20,000 nt of DNA, taken from the IMG/VR virus record IMGVR_UViG_3300033175_000390; one strand, written 5' to 3'. Source of the DNA: an uncultured virus (IMG/VR IMGVR_UViG_3300033175_000390). Taxonomy: Duplodnaviria > Heunggongvirae > Uroviricota > Caudoviricetes. The position numbers were made by a program, and so were the translations under genes. The notes below the pieces were generated by a model, which searched no databases, had not been told where the DNA came from, and saw nothing but the letters and a program-made list of their open reading frames with translations. Positions 16,445 through 20,000 of the stretch are shown one piece after another. The first letter of the stretch is position 1, and the number at the start of each line of letters is the position of its first letter.

Positions 16445-18007
16445 CTGAAAAAGGTAACAAAAATCGCGGAAAATACAACTGATTTCACTGAATGTCCCAA
16501 GCTGCGGGTAGCGGCCTACTGCCGTGTTTCTACCGATAGGGATGATCAATTGGTCAGCCTTGCAACCCAGATAAAGCATTATGAATCCTACATCAATGCA
16601 AACCTTGAATGGGAGTTCGCTGGGCTTTATTATGACGAAGGTGTCACAGGTACAAAAAAAGAAAAACGGCCTGAGTTGCTTCGGATGATTGCCGACTGTG
16701 AAAACAAGAAAATAGACTTCATTGTAACAAAGTCTATTAGCAGATTCGCCCGTAACACTACCGACTGCCTTGAACTGGTTAGAAAACTGCTTGACCTCGG
16801 CATTTTTATTTATTTCGAGAAGGAAAATATTAACACAGGGTCAATGGAAAGCGAACTCATGCTGTCAATCCTAAGTGGACTGGCCGAAAGTGAATCGGTT
16901 TCCATCGCTGAAAACAACAAGTGGTCGATACACCGTCGCTTTCAAAGTGGCACGTACAAGATATCCTATCCGCCCTATGGCTACGATAACGTGGATGGGG
17001 AGATGGTCGTCAACGAGTCACAAGCAGAAATTGTTCGCTATATTTTCGCTTCAATTCTATCTGGTAAAAGCACTCACAAAATTGCCGACGAGTTGAACAA
17101 CCGAAAAGTACCAACCAAAAAAGGCGGTCGTTGGACAGCAACAACCATCCGTGGAATGGTCAGCAATGAAAAATACACAGGGGACGCCATTTTTCAGAAA
17201 ACCTATACCGATGTCCATTTCAATCGGCATAACAACAGGGGTGAGAAGGATCGTTATCTGATTAAAAACCATCATGAAGCGATTATCAGTCATGAAGATT
17301 TTGAAGTTGCTCAGGATATTATTGAACAGCGTGGTAAAGAAAAGGGATTGGAAAGGCAGAACCAAAAGTATCAGAACCGTTACCCCTTTTCGGGCAAAAT
17401 CATCTGCGGTCAGTGCGGAGGTACATTTAAGCGCAGAATCCATTCAAGCGGCAGGCATAGAATTGCTTGGTGCTGCTCCATTCATATCGCAGACATCGAA
17501 AAATGCTCTATGAAATATGTACCAGAGTCAGATTTTGAATATGTGTTTGTTACCATGATGAACAAGCTTATTTTCGGACATGAATTTGTCCTCAAGCCGC
17601 TGCTAATCAGCCTGCGAGGGATGAAATCAGATGACAGCTTAATAAACATTCGGGAGCTTGATAAGAGACTCGAAGAAAACGCGGAACAGCGAAATGTACT
17701 GGTTGGGCTGATGACCAAAGGTTATCTTGAGCCTGCCGTTTACAATAAGAGCAACAATGAGCTGCTGCAGGATGCCGAAAGGCTACGCCGTCAAAAGGAA
17801 TCCTTAACCCGATTCTTAAATAACGATTTCCAAAACTTAAGTGAGGTCAGTGCCCTATTGCAATATGCCACCAAGGCATCGATAATGAAGGGCTTTGACG
17901 GAGATATTTTTAAACGCTTTGTGGAGCGGGTTGTTGTGTATTCCCGAGCAGAGATTGGGTTTGAGCTAAAATGCGGCATTACGCTGAAAGAAAGGTTGGT
18001 GAGATAA
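16445..18007 (+). CDS. Large serine recombinase 1 (resolvase + recombinase + Zn-ribbon domains), probable CTG start, 520 aa
   Basis: The frame is open upstream of the listed 16550 start and encodes KKVTKI...[12 protein letters not shown] (catalytic Ser). RBS AAGGAGGTGA at 16431-16440 precedes CTG 16445; an in-frame TAA lies at 16427. Downstream motifs [20 protein letters not shown] and CGQCG. Confidence 0.88.
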   Translation: MKKVTKIAENTTDFTECPKLRVAAYCRVSTDRDDQLVSLATQIKHYESYINANLEWEFAGLYYDEGVTGTKKEKRPELLRMIADCENKKIDFIVTKSISRFARNTTDCLELVRKLLDLGIFIYFEKENINTGSMESELMLSILSGLAESESVSIAENNKWSIHRRFQSGTYKISYPPYGYDNVDGEMVVNESQAEIVRYIFASILSGKSTHKIADELNNRKVPTKKGGRWTATTIRGMVSNEKYTGDAIFQKTYTDVHFNRHNNRGEKDRYLIKNHHEAIISHEDFEVAQDIIEQRGKEKGLERQNQKYQNRYPFSGKIICGQCGGTFKRRIHSSGRHRIAWCCSIHIADIEKCSMKYVPESDFEYVFVTMMNKLIFGHEFVLKPLLISLRGMKSDDSLINIRELDKRLEENAEQRNVLVGLMTKGYLEPAVYNKSNNELLQDAERLRRQKESLTRFLNNDFQNLSEVSALLQYATKASIMKGFDGDIFKRFVERVVVYSRAEIGFELKCGITLKERLVR

Positions 18008-18439
18008 ATGAGCCACACACCATTTGGCTACCGTATTAAAAACGGAAAGGCTGTTATTGATATCGAAGCAGCCGAGCAGATAAAAATCTTGTTTGAGTCC
18101 TATTTGTCCGGAGATTCGTTAGCAACAGCTGCAAAGAAGGCAGGCATCAAAGCCTTTCACGCCGGTATCGGCAGAATGCTTCGCAATACGCGTTATCTTG
18201 GCGACGACTATTATCCCGCCATAATCGACCCGGACACGTTTACAGCCGCCGAAGCGGAGCGTATCAGGCGGGCTGAGAAACTCGGTCGTATCTATGAACC
18301 ACAAGAAGAAACAACGGTCGTCTATCCTACTGCCTTTCACGTAATAGAAGGAAGAGAAGAATTTGACGACCCCTTCGCACAGGCGGAATACGCCTACAGT
18401 TTAATCGAAACGGAGGTGAACAAGAATGGCAGTAAGTAA
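18008..18439 (+). CDS. Small recombinase-domain protein lacking the catalytic domain
   Basis: 143 aa; [16 protein letters not shown] and YPAIID..TF resemble the recombinase DNA-binding domain; no YxRVS motif. Confidence 0.75.
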   Translation: MSHTPFGYRIKNGKAVIDIEAAEQIKILFESYLSGDSLATAAKKAGIKAFHAGIGRMLRNTRYLGDDYYPAIIDPDTFTAAEAERIRRAEKLGRIYEPQEETTVVYPTAFHVIEGREEFDDPFAQAEYAYSLIETEVNKNGSK

Positions 18440-20000
18440 AAGCGTCACCGTGATTCCGGCAAGGAAGCATGTTCGAAAGAGTGAGGACGAAGAAAAGCCT
18501 AAACTCCGTGTTGCTGCCTATTGCCGTGTTTCCACGGACAGTGACGAGCAGGCTACCAGTTATGAAACACAGATTGAACACTACACTGCCTATATACAAG
18601 GGCATCCTGACTGGGTGCTGGCGGGAATATTTGCAGACGACGGCATTTCCGGTACCAACACCAAAAAGCGTGAGGAATTCAACCGCATGATTGACGAGTG
18701 TATGGCTGGTAATATCGATATGATTATTACAAAGTCCATCAGCCGATTTGCCCGAAACACACTGGACTGTTTGAAATATATCCGTCAGCTCAAGGAGAAA
18801 AACATTCCCGTTTATTTTGAAAAGGAAAATATTAACACTATGGATTCTAAGGGCGAAGTTCTGCTCACGATTATGGCATCCCTTGCCCAACAGGAAAGCC
18901 AGTCACTAAGCCAAAACGTAAAACTGGGGTTACAATATCGCTACCAACAGGGTGAAATTCAAGTCAACTGCGCTCGGTTTCTCGGCTATACCAAGGATGA
19001 AAACAAGCGTCTGGTGGTTGTTCCCGAAGAAGCTGAAATCATCAAACGCATCTACCGGGAATACCTTGAGGGTGCCAGTATGTTGAAAATAGCTCGTGGT
19101 TTGGAAGCGGACGGTATCCTAAACGGTGCCGGCAGGGAACGCTGGCATACAAGCAACATAAATCAGATCCTGCGAAACGAAAAGTACATCGGCGACGCTC
19201 TTTTACAGAAAACATATACCGTAGATTTTCTCACAAAAAAGCGAGTCAAGAATAACGGTATCGTTCCGCAATATTATGTAGAAAACAGCCATGAAGCCAT
19301 TATTCCGCGTGAAATCTTCATGCAGGTGCAGGAGGAGCTTGTCCGCCGTCGTATTGTGCACACCAGCCCAAACGGAAAGAGCCGAACCTTTAGCAGCAAC
19401 CACTGCTTCGCTCAGATTGTTATCTGCGGCAACTGCGGCGAGGTTTTCCGCAGGGTTCACTGGAACAACCGAGGCAAGAAATCCATCGTCTGGCGCTGCG
19501 TAAGCAGACTGGAGAACACTGGCCTTTTCTGCGATGCCCGCACGGTGCTTGAAAGCACCATCGAGCAGGTACTGGTCACCGCCATCAATAATACCCTGAG
19601 GGGAAGGGACGCTTTCCTATTCATACTAAAGGAGAACATCGCAACTGTTCTAACCCGTGAAAATGACCGGACCTTAGCCGATATTGATAAGCGGCTGGAA
19701 GAACTTCAAACGGAACTATTGAAGCTGGCCACTTCCAATGCGGATTATGATAAAGTCGGTGATGAGATCCACCGCCTGCGTGACCAGAAGCAAAAATTGC
19801 AGGTTGAAAACGTCAACCGTGATGAACTTAAAAAGCGCATTGCTGATATGAGCACATTCCTAAAAAAGCAATCCACCGCCCTCGCCGAATATGACGAGCA
19901 GCTTGTCCGGCGGCTGATTGAAAAAGTCACCGTCTACGAAGACAAATTTACCGTGGAATTCAAGTCTGGCTTGACGGTGGATGTGGATGAATACGGGTAA
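18426..20000 (+). CDS. Large serine recombinase 2 (524 aa)
   Basis: [50 protein letters not shown]...WRC Zn ribbon and coiled coil; RBS GGAGGTGA; ends at TAA 19998-20000. Confidence 0.93.
   Translation: MAVSKSVTVIPARKHVRKSEDEEKPKLRVAAYCRVSTDSDEQATSYETQIEHYTAYIQGHPDWVLAGIFADDGISGTNTKKREEFNRMIDECMAGNIDMIITKSISRFARNTLDCLKYIRQLKEKNIPVYFEKENINTMDSKGEVLLTIMASLAQQESQSLSQNVKLGLQYRYQQGEIQVNCARFLGYTKDENKRLVVVPEEAEIIKRIYREYLEGASMLKIARGLEADGILNGAGRERWHTSNINQILRNEKYIGDALLQKTYTVDFLTKKRVKNNGIVPQYYVENSHEAIIPREIFMQVQEELVRRRIVHTSPNGKSRTFSSNHCFAQIVICGNCGEVFRRVHWNNRGKKSIVWRCVSRLENTGLFCDARTVLESTIEQVLVTAINNTLRGRDAFLFILKENIATVLTRENDRTLADIDKRLEELQTELLKLATSNADYDKVGDEIHRLRDQKQKLQVENVNRDELKKRIADMSTFLKKQSTALAEYDEQLVRRLIEKVTVYEDKFTVEFKSGLTVDVDEYG

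Larger units (their letters stand above)
1..20000 (+). mobile_element. Prophage (siphovirus-type), morphogenesis-lysis-integration segment
   Basis: Continuous co-oriented head, neck, tail, lysis and recombinase gene order across the whole window. Confidence 0.92.

Noticed and set aside
16550..18007. Recombinase 1 as an N-terminally truncated pseudogene
   Set aside because: The frame continues upstream without a stop and contains the catalytic motif plus a strong SD before a CTG.

Overview
The right half of a temperate siphovirus-type prophage from a Bacillota (probably Clostridia) genome, with every real gene on the + strand. The order is: HK97-type head module (portal 3' end, ClpP-like protease, major capsid), neck and tail genes, tail assembly chaperone, tape measure, tail-tip and adsorption genes, holin and amidase, then a SHOCT-like ORF and three serine-recombinase genes. 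The standout feature is an apparently intact Ll.LtrB-like group IIA intron (4732-7202, LtrA-like RT/maturase/HNH protein). It is not intergenic, as the ORF track suggests. It sits inside the hidden -1 frameshift extension of the tail assembly chaperone (the lambda gpG/gpGT equivalent). The full-length chaperone (about 190 aa) can only be read by combining a -1 slip at A AAA AAC (4678-4684) with intron splicing. The intron's EBS elements match the site, with G-U wobbles only at synonymous codon positions, and the putative frameshift-stimulating hairpin sequesters IBS2. The first large serine recombinase appears to start at a CTG codon. All calls come from reading the sequence and recalled family motifs; no searches or folding programs were run.
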